From the NCBI RefSeq assembly GCF_000143415.4, contig NW_003314262.1, positions 4,249,816 to 4,313,815 of the forward strand: a stretch of DNA of 64,000 nucleotides, read 5' to 3'. Origin of the DNA: Selaginella moellendorffii (lineage: Eukaryota > Plantae > Lycopodiophyta). Positions 22,693 through 34,734 of this stretch are shown here, piece by piece. Both the position numbers and the translations under genes were made by a program. Below the pieces are notes generated by a model. That model made no database searches. It was not told where the DNA came from and worked only from the letters and a program-made list of their open reading frames with translations. Position 1 is the stretch's first letter; each line of letters begins with the position of its first letter.

Positions 22693-24465
22693 TGTAAGCG
22701 ACTAAATTTTCCATTCTACTTTAGTTACTTAACCACACCTCCGACCACTTGGAGGAGTCTCATTCACAACCTCCATAAGTCCAATCCAGGACTTGGGACT
22801 TGCTAGCCCTGAGAATGGCATCCATGCCACTCAACATTTGCACTTGGTCCAAGTGCTCCACGTGTCCGATCCCATGACCGACACTCAAAGGTACCACCGA
22901 CATAGCAGCCTGTTACGCTAAGGCCATGCCCAATCACCTTTGCCACACTGGTAGTCCAATACCCCTTGCATCACAGTCTTGGCTCCCCAAGACTAGGCAA
23001 ACCATCCGTGAGTGGTCATCTCAGATCCACTCCTTAGCATCCTTAGGATGCCCACCGACAAGGGGAATAGCCTTCCCCAATATCCCTCTGTCAGTCCCCA
23101 CTAAGTCCCTTTCTGCCCCTGGCCGTGTTTGCCAACACTGCCACTGGACCGAGACCCACAGGCCCGACCACTAAGTCCCACGGTCCTCTGGGACTTCCTC
23201 ACCACACGACTGTGTCCTTGGTCACTACCCCAGAGGACTGCTCCTCTTCCTTTCCACAGTCTGGGCCTTTGGGACAACATTTCGGAACACCGTGGCCTTA
23301 CGCGAGCCACCTAGGTACTCTCCTCGCCTTCTGCCCTTGGGTGCTCTAGCCATGGGCTTAGAGCGGGTTCCATTGAGCCACACTAGGTATCCAAGTAGGT
23401 AGTGCCACCCACACTTGGACTGGGAGCATCGGCCAGTCGATCTCCCGGGGGAACTAGAGCCGGCCCTTGAACACTTCACCAAGCTACCCCGCTTGTCGGT
23501 CTGTGTTCACTCTAGTCTTGGACTTCCCAGTGGGCAGCTCATCACCCAACACTGGGTCTGGCCTTCCTGGGCCAAACTGGCCTTTCCTGGCCAAACTGGC
23601 TCCACTGCAGTCCTCCCCCTACTATACTTTTGGGGCTCACCAAACCCCCCAGGGTCTGGGAGACGAACGCTTTGGGCTTTCACCCTCTCAGGCTCCGGAC
23701 TCGGACTCGGACTCGGACTCGGACTCGGACTCGGATTCGGACTCGGACTCGGGCTCGGGCTTGGTCTCGGCCTCGGCCTCGGTCTCGGTCTCGGTCCCGA
23801 TCTCGGTCTCGGTCTCGGTCTCGGTCCCGGTCTCGGTCCCGGTCTCGGTCCCGGTCTCGGTCTCGACTTCGGACTCCATCTCGGACTCCATCTCGGACTC
23901 CATCTCGGGTCCATCTCGGGTCCATCTCGGACTCCATCTCGGACTCCATTTCGGGTCCATCTCGGGTCCACCTCGGACTCCATCTCGGACTCCATCTCGG
24001 ACTCCATCTCGGGTCCATCTCGGACTCCACTTCAGACTCCAACTCGGGTCCATCTCGGGTCCACCTCGGACTCCATCTCGGACTCCACTTCGGACTCCAA
24101 CTCGGGTCCATCTCGGGTCCACCTCGGACTCCACTTCGGACTCCAACTCGGGTCCATCTCGGACTCCACTTCGGACTCCAACTCGGGTCCATCTCGGACT
24201 CCACTTCGGACTCCAACTCGAGTCCATCTCGGACACTCCCACGTGTCATGTGTTGGTCCTTTTGGGTCCCTTTTTGGAGCCTTGCCTTTTGCTCGCTTCG
24301 TGCTCGTTCCTCGAGCACTTTGTTGGGAGTTCCACTCCCGCTCTTGACTTTTCAAGTCGGAGCTTCTGGTCCAAACGTGTTACGCTCGTTTGGCTCTCGC
24401 TTCGGCCACTACCATGTGGCGCCCTTCCGGCTCCACTTTGGGGCCTAGGGATTTTGTGTCTCATA
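22693..24465 (-). mobile_element. Solo LTR, family B (~1.77 kb), nested between RNase H and integrase
   Basis: TSD AGCAA at 22688-22692 and 24466-24470; orientation taken from the PBS next to the copy at 40333-41771. Confidence 0.92.
23692..24235. repeat. Compound satellite inside LTR-B: (GACTCG)n, (GGTCTC)n, then 11-12-mer (CCATCTCGGACT)n
   Basis: Directly visible; related arrays at ~20920-21195, 34380-34665, 37290-37735, 40545-40775, 46240-46650, 49905-50250, 53445-53630. Confidence 0.95.
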
Positions 24466-27400
24466 AGCAACCGCCGATGGCATAGAATCCTCATCTAGAA
24501 AATCCATAGAGGCTGGAATAACAGGCTCGTCAGAAACATGAGAAAAGAATGGAGAAGGAAGAGGAGCCCGAGAAAGGGCATCAGCATCAGCCAAAGAACT
24601 CCCTGGGCGATGAACAACATCAAAATCATATATTTGAAGCTTCAAAGCCCATCGAGCAGTATGACCAACCAAGTTTTTTTGCTTCAATAATGAAGTAACA
24701 GCAGCATGATCACCTTCAAGTAACGTCCAAAAACCATGTAGATATGCATGAAGTTTCTCGAAACCCCAAACTGCTGCTAAACACTCATTCTCTGTCGTGG
24801 AGTAATTCATTTCCGCTGGTTGTAATGTACGGCTTATATATGCAATGGGATGGCGCTGACCAGGCACACTCGAGCTCTTTTGCATCAACACACCTCCAAG
24901 ACCAATGTCAGAAGCATCCACGTGCAAAATAAAAGGTCAAGTGTAGTTAGGATATGCCAAAACCGAAGGAGTCATCAATAGCTCTTTGAGATCCTTGAAC
25001 GCCCGCTCACAATCTGGAGACCAGATGAAAGATGATGTTGACGACTTCAACAACGCTCGCAACAGTGCAGTGCAATCAGAAAGATGATCCACAAAACGAC
25101 CGAGATACTGCACCTTGCCCAAGAAGCACTGCACATCATTCACACACCTCGGAGTAGGGAACTTCAGAACAGCCACAAGTTTGTCAAGATCAACTTGCAA
25201 ACTCTCACGAGAAATACGGTATCCAAGATAAGTTGTATCCTTGGACCCAAACACGCACTTCGTCCGCTTCAGCTTTAAACCAACATCGCGTAGCCGATCT
25301 AACACTTTACAAACATCACGAACGTGTTCCTCCCACATTCCCTTCGAGTGGATCAAGACATCATCAATGAAGTCAACAGTCACCTCTGGCATATCGCAAA
25401 GAACCTCGTCCATCATCCGTTGGAAAGTTGCTGGAGCATTGTTTAAACCAAACGGCATCACCAAGAACTCGTACAAACCAAATGGTGTACGAAATGCAGT
25501 CTTAGGAATATCTTCTTCGGCCATCGGTACATGCTAGTACCCAGAAGCAAGGTCTAGCTTGGTGAACCAACAACTTCGCCCTAGACGATCCAAGAGATTT
25601 GCAGTGTGAGGAAGAGGATACACATCTGGGATCGTCACTTCGTTTAACAGACGATAGTCGATACAAAAACGAATACTCCCATCAGGCTTCGTCACAAGAT
25701 GACATTCACATGCCCAAGGACTCCACAACTTCCAAATAACACCCTTCTCCAACATCTCTTTGACATTTGCACGTAAAATCTTGATCTCCTTGGGTGACCG
25801 ACGACAAACGAGAACCTTGATTAGATGAGCATCCTTGGTTAGAATTAGATGATGTGTGGTAATCTTGGCCCCAGACGATAGGTCAAATTCAAAGAGATCA
25901 AAATACTCCTTCATCAACCGGTCCACCGCTGCAACACAAAGATCGTCGGAGGGATCGGAAAAGGGAAGAGCAGAATAAGATGGAAACACAGGAGGAAATA
26001 GTGGGGAAACAAAAGTAATGGAAGCAGAGGTAGAAGTAGAGGGACGAAGAGGTATAGAAGTGAGAGGAATGGATGAAACATAAGGAAATATGAGACAAGG
26101 GGGAGAAGCTTCAAAATCACACTTAGCATGATTGCATTGCAACTAATCCATACCAAGAATGAGGTCAAAAGCTTGACTTGGCACCACCCGCAATGACTGC
26201 AACTCAAGCTCGAGATCACCCACACGCACAACCCCTCATCCCGTGCACATGCATGTGTATGGCCTTTGCCATAAAGAATGAAAACTGGTTTCGCCACATG
26301 ACGCAAGTGTAGACGGCAACGTGTGGCAATAGGTCGAGCAATAAAAGATAAACTCGAACCTGTATCAACTAACATGGAGAGAATAATAGGAGACCTTTTG
26401 TTATAAAAACGAGCTTGGAAAGTAAACACTAAATGAACCGGTGCCGAGTGAACCCCTTGATGATACTCCTGAAAGAAAGGAGGGGTCACTGACTTATTCA
26501 CGCAAGGTCCCTCCGTTACTCGTGCGACTCCTCGTTTCCCGGATGTATCTCGGTGTCCAAACCGTCCACTGCAGCAACACCAACGGGACGTTGCTGACGC
26601 CAAGGTCTCCACCCAGGAAATGGAGGTCGCCAATCCGGAAAACGCCGACAACGCCGATAAGTATGACCAACTTCATCACATGCCCAGCAGCGAACATCAA
26701 GGCCACGACCACGTCCTCGCCCTTGTCCTTGGACTCGAGCAGCAGCAGCATCAACCTCCATTGGAACAGGACCATCACTTATAGGAAGTGGAGCTGAAGG
26801 ACGTGCAGCGAGAAGTGGAAGAGGTGACATCTTATAACGTTGTGCCAAGTGAAGAGCATCGTCAAGGGTGGCGGGAGCAAGTGCATGCACAAGTTCGACA
26901 AGATCTTAACGAAGTGCTGGCCACAACATTCTTAGCTTGATCCGCTCCGACATATTTGGCTCTGCACGAAGCAAAAGACTTCGGAAACAAATGCCAAATT
27001 GCATCACTGACTCAGATGGCCCTTGGCGAAATGATGCAATTGTTGGAAGGCATCATCACAGTCATTGGCATTTCTGAAAGCGCGTTTGAAGACGTTCGGG
27101 AGAACACTCCAATCCCCACGAGTGGTTGCACTCAAACCATTGTACCACTACAATGCCGTCCCTTGAAGACACGTGGGAAACTCACACAAATGTCAAGCAT
27201 CATCCCAAGAATGATATGTGGCAATCACCGTGAAGTGATCGAACCAATTGTACACATCATCCCCAGGATTCCCGCGAAAGAACTCCGGCCAAACGCAAGG
27301 ATTGGCACCAAGAGTAGAAGGAGTTGTACCACATGCCGTGAACACCGCCATCAATTGAGTTTGGTTATTCAATTGCAAGCACATAGCATCAAGCAATTGT

Positions 27401-28143
27401 ACCAACTGCTGCTCCAGAGTCAAAGGAGGAGATTGTTGATCTGCCATGAAGACGAATGAAAAAGAAAGAAAAAAAGAAGAGAAATAACAAAAAGCTAGAA
27501 GGAAATGATAGATCTAGACAATGCAAAAAGTTAGATCTAAACCAAAATCCTAAAAGGAAAGAACAAAAGAAAGAAAATGAAAAAAGCTAGATCTAAACTA
27601 AAATCCCAAATCCAAGCATTCCTCAGGGATAATCAAAAGTGCCCCTTATCTCCACCAATGTGAGTGCTTGGAATATGGAAAGGGAATATAGAAATGTGCA
27701 TATCAATTAGCCCAAAAACCCTAGTTTATATATAGAAACAAGTGGTCTGGATTGAAACCAATCCGACGGCTATCAAAATCCCACTACGCTAATATTAGTA
27801 TACGGCATCATAGCCGTACATTTGGCCCTCACAATATTTGTTATATATTATATCACTAATATATTCATTATAAATTATTTTAAAACATTTTTTATTACAC
27901 CATGGATAAGCTTATAACTCAACCTTTCAACTAACGCTACAAGGCAAAAAAAACACATGGGATATGGCAGGCACAAAGTCAGTGTAAGAAGCGTAAGGAA
28001 GTGGAAGACAGTGTGAAACACATGGGATAATGCAAGAGAAGCTTGCCACTATATAAATTGGCATACGTTCAAAGAGCTCTATAACTTCACACTCATCCCT
28101 TTGGCTTCTAAAAGCTTTAGTCTTTTCTTAAGAGTTCAGAGAC

Positions 28144-29430
28144 ATGGCTCTCACAGCAGCTCCAAAGTTCTACACCATCGAGTCTGCTGCTTATCCTGGC
28201 TATTGCATTACTCAGCAAGGCACCCAGATTGTTCTCAGGTCCAAGGACGCGCTCAACCCCTTCCAGGTAAAAATCTTTGAAAACTTTGCCGGTTGTCGAT
28301 CATCATGGGAAACTCTTGTGCAGCTGTGGTACAGGGATGAGTCATGGAACTTGCTGAACCAGGAATTCAGGGACAGCTCCGCGTTCGTGTTTGTAAACCA
28401 CGGCTCTAAGAAAGCTCTCCGGTCCCAGGCACACTCAACGTCTCGAAGCAAGGTAAACAGAAAATAGTATTCATACTATACACTGTTTCTGATCATATGG
28501 AATTTTGATGGCAAAAGGCTACTATTGGAGACTATGATCCGGCAGTCCAAGACGATCATCTCCTGTGGCGTATTTCCGGGAGCCACGAAAATCAAGTCTT
28601 GATCACCATGACTGGAAACAAGTCATCTTATCTGAGCCACACTTCCTCAAGTGCTAGCTTCAAGGATGGGGTGCCAGTGGTGACATCCAACAGCGATGGA
28701 AACTCCCACTGGAAGCTCGTCGCTTACGGTAAGCATATGATTTGTTCTTCTCGGTTGTGGTTCATATGATGATGCTACACAGAGCCTTCTCAAGAGTACA
28801 GGATTATATGCGACTGGTATGAGCAATACTTGACTTGGAAGCAGCAAAATGTGGACGTAACTTTCAAGAATGCAATCAAGCACAATGACGAGACAAATGT
28901 GGTGGCTATTAGTCCAAACAACGTTCCTCTCGACGGCATGGTCTGTACTTTCGTCGTTCTTTGTAATCTTATCTCATTCTATTTGATTACATATAGACAT
29001 GGTACAAGGTTCCCGCTGGAGGAAGAGATGATACCACGTACTTCACCTCGTTCGTTCTCATAAACAAGGTGACTGGTCTTGCTCTCAAGGGGTCAACCAA
29101 GCCGGGAGACAAGGTAGCTAGTGCACACTGTTGAAAACTTGAAGAAGTTCGCAAACTAAACGAATTGGATGATCATGGCAGGTGCTCTTGACTCAATATG
29201 ATCCTCTCGACTACGGTTTCGTGTGGTCTGAGAACCGATTCCAGGCTTCAAAAACGGACTATCTCGCGATCAATCTGGATGGAACAAACTTGCAGTGGTC
29301 TCTGCAGGACAACAATCAGTACCAGAACAGTGCGTGGTATCATCCTCTCGTGCTTCGCCCGGCATCTGCAAACCAAGGATTTGTTCAGCAGCAGGCATGG
29401 AAATTCAATCCAGTGGTGGCAGGGAATTGA
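28144..29430 (+). CDS. Two-domain EUL lectin-like protein, copy E (sister of B); 6 exons, intact
   Basis: Same structure as copy B; no stops after manual splicing. Confidence 0.85.
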
Positions 29431-29641
29431 CTATCAGCCATGTTGTATACTGAGGGACACGCTTACCACTTTTCTTCTTGCAAATAACAAGACTTTTCAC
29501 GGGAAAAAGAAGCTGAGCAGTCCCCATTTGTTTCCTTTTCCGATGGAAGCCATGAGCTTTCGTTCAATTCCAGTGTCTGCAAGGATCGAAGATTTAAGAA
29601 AACATAAAAACATTATGACTATCGACTATCATTCCATATAG

Positions 29642-30257
29642 ACCATAAAACCATACATATCCACCGAGTCTAGAATTTACTACGTACCAGATCCCTTTGC
29701 AACCTCAAGCAGGTTTCTTACGACTCCACGAGCATCAACCGAAAACTCCGTTTCATGGCAACATCCTTTGTGTATTTCTGTGAAATGTAAAATAAATAAA
29801 TAAATAAACTTTTGTGAGCTCTCAGTAAGATGAAGGCTTTAGATGATTACCGTGGTCACTGGTGCCTCATTGTCTCAGATGACAATATCGCGAGCATCTA
29901 TGTCCTTTCCAAACTCCGTCTTCCAAGTTTCCCACCTGTCTCAAACTGGCGCGGCCAAAACAATGGCTTTGGCGATAGTATATGTTCTTGGAACAGTTAG
30001 CTGCACCCCTGCACAACGATATAAAAAACTTCCATCAACGTGAAGCTTAGCTTACAGTTGTGCTATTCGTTTCGCAGCGTAGTCCATCCAGCCATCGGGA
30101 AGTTTCCGATGCTGCAACCTCAAAGTGTTACTTCCAGAGCAATGAAGAGCAAGAAAGACCGATCAATTCACATCCAACAATCGCGGCAAGATCTTGCCTC
30201 ACCTTCGCAGATCAGGGACGCCAGCGCCGCAATCGCTGCCGGCTTCTTCTACGCCAT
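29642..30257 (-). pseudogene. Collapsed GT29 remnant (duplicate of 11286-11901)
   Basis: Near-identical to 11286-11901. Confidence 0.85.
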
Positions 30258-30299
30258 TTCTCGCTCCCTCCTCCCTCGCATTCTCTGTAAACCTAGCCA

Positions 30300-30346
30300 A
30301 TCGCCTGCAGTCCGATAGGTTACTAGTTCGATCCTAGTTGCCTCCT
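30300..30346 (+). pseudogene. 3' part of tRNA-Cys (duplicate of 11944-11990)
   Basis: Anticodon arm, T arm and acceptor 3' strand only. Confidence 0.8.
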
Positions 30347-30436
30347 TATCCGATGAATCCCATCGGATAAGGCGCTCCACGAGGTTGTGGTGGTATAAAA
30401 TGGGCCTAGATCTCAGAGTTACTCTAGATCTTAAGA

Positions 30437-31666
30437 ATGGAACCTCTCACAGCAGTTCCAAAGCTCTACACCATCGAGTCCACTGCTTATCCTGGCTACT
30501 GCATTACTCAGCAAGGCACCCAGATTGTTCTCAAGTTCAAGGATGCGCTCAATCCCTTCCAAGTATCAATCTGTATCAATCCAGATCTAGCATCTTGGTT
30601 TTGATCTCTTGTGCAGCTCTGGTACAGGGATGAGTCATGGCAGTTCCTGGGCGAGGATAACAGTGACCTCTCCGCGTTGGTGTTTATAAACCACGGCTCC
30701 AAGAAAGCTCTTCGCTCCCAGTCATCCTCAACTTCCCGGAGCATTGCCAAGGTATATAAATCACTACAAGTTTGTCTCACACTTGAATTTTTCTCTATCC
30801 AGCTTACTGTTGGAGATTATGATCCGGCAGTTGAGAACAATTCTCTCCTCTGAAGCTCGGACGATCAAGTCTTCGTCACAGAGACTGGGAATTCGTCCGT
30901 GTTTTTGAGCCACATTTCGTCGTCGAGGTCCAGCTTTAAAGACGGGGTGCCAGTGGTGACATCTGCCCAGGGTGAAAACTCTAGGTGGAAGATCGTTGCT
31001 TATGGTAATCCTCTAGACTTGTGGTCAATTCCTTTTGATTTTCTCGTTGTGCTGCACAGTGCCTTCTCAAGTGTACAGGATTCTGTGTCACTGGTTTGGG
31101 AATTACTTGACTTGGAAGCAGCAAAATGTGGACGTAACTTTCAAGGATGCAATCAAGCACAACGACTAGATAAACGTGGTGGCTGTTAGTCCAAACAACA
31201 TTTCTCTCAACGGCATGGTTTGTGACTTTGTCTGATACTATCATCTTGGATCTCATTCGTATTATTGTAATAGGCATGGTTCAAGGTTCCTGCTGGTGGC
31301 CGAGACAATACCACGTACTTTACCTCGTTTATCCTAATAAACAAGACTGGTCTAGCACTCAGGAGACAAGGTAAGTCCTAAAACTTTTGAAGGACTTTGC
31401 AAGCTAAACGAAAGATACCTTTTTCATGGCAGGTGCTCTTGACTCAATTTGATCCTCTCGACTACGGTTTTGTGTGGTCTGAGGACCGATTCCAGGCTTC
31501 AAACACGGACTACGTGGCCATCAATCTGGATGGAACGAACTTGCAGTGGTCTCTGCAGAACGACGATCAGTACCAGAACAGTGCGTGGTATCATCCTCTC
31601 GTTCTTCGCCCAGGATATGTTGAGCAGCAGACCTGGAAATTCAATCCAGTGGTGAACAATGTTTAG
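30437..31666 (+). pseudogene. EUL lectin copy F (sister of C)
   Basis: Extra TGA at 30851-30853 in exon 3, plus the same TAG and exon-5 frameshift as copy C. Confidence 0.85.
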
Positions 31667-31918
31667 CTGGGACTTTTATGTTCATAAATGAGATGAGAAG
31701 ATGCTAGATCTATGCATGAATGTTCATATGAATAATTACACTTCTAAATGTTTAATCAGCTGCAGTATGATCAATGTCACCAGTTTTTGTAATCAATTCA
31801 TATACTTCCCAACAAAACGAATGTGTTTAGGTTGGCAAAAAGGGAAGACGGTTAACTAAAAAATATTCTGTATTAGCGTTCTTAAAAAATATTCTTGTGT
31901 AATAAATTAAAATTTGAA

Positions 31919-32610
31919 TTGTCAAGGTATAAATTACTGCATGCTTTCCTCACACTTCATTGCTCTAAATGAAATCTTCAAGGCAACTGTTGGAGACTAT
32001 GATCCGGTAGTTGAGGACAATCCTCTCCTCTGGTCTGTATCCGCAAGCTCGGATGATCAAGTCTCCATCACAATGACTGGGAATTCATCCGTATTCTTGA
32101 GCCACACTCCAGCTTTAAAGACGGGTCCCAGTGGTGACATCCACCCATGGTGGAAACTCCCAGTGGAAGCTCGTTACTTACGGTAAGCTCATGAATCATA
32201 TGACTTGAGTTATGCTTATATAATCTCTTTGTGTCACAGTGCCTCTCAGGATCACAGGATCCTGTGTCACTGGTTTCGAAATTACTTGACTTGGAAGCAG
32301 CAAAACGTGGACGTAACTTTCAAGGATGTGGTCAAGCACAACAATGAGACAAATGTGGTGCTTGTCAGTCCAAACAACATTTCTCTTGATAGCATGGTCT
32401 GCAGCTTTGATTGTAACACCATGATCTTGGATCACAAACTAATGTTAATAGCCATACACATGGTACAAGGTTCCTGAGGGAGAGACAATACCACACACTT
32501 CACCTTATTTGTCCTTGTGAACAAGATGATTGGTTTGGCACTCAAGTGGTCAACCAAGCTAGGAGATTCATGGTACTTTTGAAAAATGTGAAGAACTTTG
32601 CAAACTAACA
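31919..32610 (+). pseudogene. EUL lectin copy G; fragment from the end of exon 2 to intron 5, truncated by retroelement sequence
   Basis: ATVGDYDPVVEDNPLLWS and RILCHWFRNYLTWKQQ; frameshifts; joins directly to a gag fragment. Confidence 0.8.
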
Positions 32611-34734
32611 CTTTCCGAAACTTTGAGGACTCATTCTTAAAGAAACTTTTTTTAAATTTCCCTTTGCCATATGTCTTTCTTAGTTTGGCTATTCTATTTT
32701 TTAGGGTTAGGTTATAGGAGCACTGGCACACTTTGATAGTTACATTTAATGCTTCATTATAGTTGGTTGGGCATCACTTCACCTCAAGCCTAGATTTGCA
32801 AGCTTGATATGAAGGCATTGCATACATCCATGTTCGTGACAAAGATCCTCTTCGCCATGAGCGCATTCATATATTCTTGAATGGTTCCCACTTGCTTCAG
32901 TCTACTTAGCTCATCCTTTAAGTGCAAAATAGCATTTGGTAGAACATAGGTTGCACAGATCCTTGCCTTTATCATTTCCCAAGTGGCCACCGGTCTTTCG
33001 TTGGCCTCTGTTGTTTTCCACTAAGATTTAGTATTATCTCCTAAGTATAGTTTTGCACATAAGACTTTCTCCGAGTTCGGTAACCGCAACACTCGGAAAT
33101 AATCCTTTATATTGTAAAACTAATCCTCTACCACCTTATAGTTGTTCACTCCCTTGAAGACTGGTGGGGGCTTTGGTTTGTACTTGGGAATTGTTTGGGG
33201 GATTGATTCCACTTTAATTTTTTTTAACTTTGTTCAGTTTTGCCTCAGTCCCCATTAAAAAGTCCACACCTTTTATGCTATTAGCATATATAGTTTTTTG
33301 CTTTTTCTTTCACTTCTCGTCATGTTTTAGTTTGTGTACGAGGGTCTTTAGTAGGGCATTGATTTGTGCCAATTGTCCTTCTAGAACGTCCAATCAAGCC
33401 TTGGACAATCGAACCTCTCCACTAAACTTCTGTTTGGAAGATTCTTCACTGAAGTCTTCTTTGTGCAAGGATTCCTCATCCATAGCTTCTTGTTTGATTG
33501 GAGGCTCCATCTCCACCTTAATTTTGTTATGCCCTGCCTTAGCCATCTCTCAACAATCCACTTTTATCCTTCACTAAAACTGAGGAAAAGGCTTTAATAC
33601 CAAATTGTAAACCACAAAATTTTCCTTTTCAATTTGCTAGCTTACCTTATCTATCCGACTACCATGACTTTGGCCTTAGTTAAGTTCCTTCGCCAAGGTT
33701 CCTACCTATTGTACTACCTCTTACTTGGTTTTACTTGGTTTCAACTACTCACTACATGAACAATAGAGCATTACCCATCCGTCCATGGATTCCCAAATTC
33801 TTTCCCAATTAGACTTAAGGTTCGCCTATAGTCCCCACAAGCACAAGCAGTGAAGCACACTAAACCTCCAGATTTTTAACATCCCTTGGTATAACAACAC
33901 TTGATCATGGGACCCCTAAATCCCAAGCCTTTGATGCATAACTTGCTTCGAGAAACTAGGGGAAAACATTGTGGCCTAACGGCCCAATATGGGTACCCCT
34001 ACTCCCTCAATTCCATCTTGAAGTAAAGGCCTAAACCCCTAGAAAAGGTAAGGACCAATGAGTTGCAAAGTACTCAAATGGGGCATCACTTCACATAAGC
34101 CGGAAGCACCACAGTCAGTTTCCCTTCTAGGAGTGGGGGTTGCTCTTGAGCTCTTTCTTGGGTGGGCCTTTTGGCACCACTCGAGTCCATGCTCACTCCC
34201 ACCCAAGGCCCCTAAGCCCCAGCCTCAACCTCAAGTTAGTTTAGAAGCACTATTGGAGAGTTCCTTCAAGATTGCTTCTTGAACCTCACTATCTCTACTA
34301 TACTTTTGGAACCCTTGCAGCCCCCCCCCCCCTCGAGAGACACATACTTTGGTCTTTCACCCCACGACCTGTATTAGTCTCGGACTTGGTCTCAGACTCA
34401 ATCTTGGACTTGACCTCGAACTCGGTCTCAAACTCGATCTTGGATTTAATCTCGAACTCAATCTTGGACTTGACCTTGGACTCTATCTCGGACTCAATCT
34501 TAGACTCAGTCTTGGACCCGATCTTGAATCTTGGACTCGGTCTCAAACTCGGTCTTGGACTCGGTGTTGAACTTAGTCTCGGATTTGGTTTCGGACTCGA
34601 TCTCGAACTTGGTCTCAAACTCGATCTCAAAGTCAGTCTCGAACTCGATCTCAGACTCGATCTCATTTGATAAACTCTTTGTCATTTTGGTTGTGCTTTT
34701 GGCTAACGACACTTCGGGGAGTTGGTTTTTTACA
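32610..34734 (-). mobile_element. 5' part of a family-A Gypsy element: 5' LTR 34734-33606, Met-type PBS (TGGTATTAAAGC, 33602-33591), decayed gag
   Basis: LTR is the reverse complement of 20837-21993; gag-like ELSRLKQVGTIQEY. Confidence 0.85.

Larger units (their letters stand above)
19915..27833 (-). mobile_element. Full-length, decayed Ty3/Gypsy (non-chromovirus) LTR retrotransposon; 175-bp LTRs at 19915-20089 and 27659-27833
   Basis: LTR ends TGTGAG..CTCACA; ATAT duplicated at 19911-19914 and 27834-27837; PBS TGGTGGAGATAAGGGG; PPT GAGAGGAGGAGATGA. Gag CCHC (CWACDEVGHTYRRC), PR (LVDTGSS), RT (FCIDYRLLN, MPFGLNNAPATFQ, FIDD), RH (VDASDIGLG), INT (H..GH..CIWC, FDLMGP, SDNG); order PR-RT-RH-INT. 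Confidence 0.95.
19805..27897. mobile_element. Small AT-rich MITE-like insert (~170 bp net) into which the Gypsy element inserted
   Basis: Absent from the paralogous site at ~9555; ends ataaaataatgattttgaa / ttttaaaacattttttatt are imperfect inverted repeats. Confidence 0.4.

Noticed and set aside
23870-24235. Regularly spaced short repeats suggestive of a CRISPR array
   Set aside because: No unique spacers, no cas genes, eukaryotic LTR context
23415-24498. Long ORFs rich in RS/RD/SD/GL dipeptides resembling SR or Sdr proteins (also ~20.9, 34.3, 37.5, 40.5, 46.0, 49.9, 53.4 kb)
   Set aside because: They arise from stop-free hexamer and 12-mer satellites inside LTRs and are open in most frames on both strands
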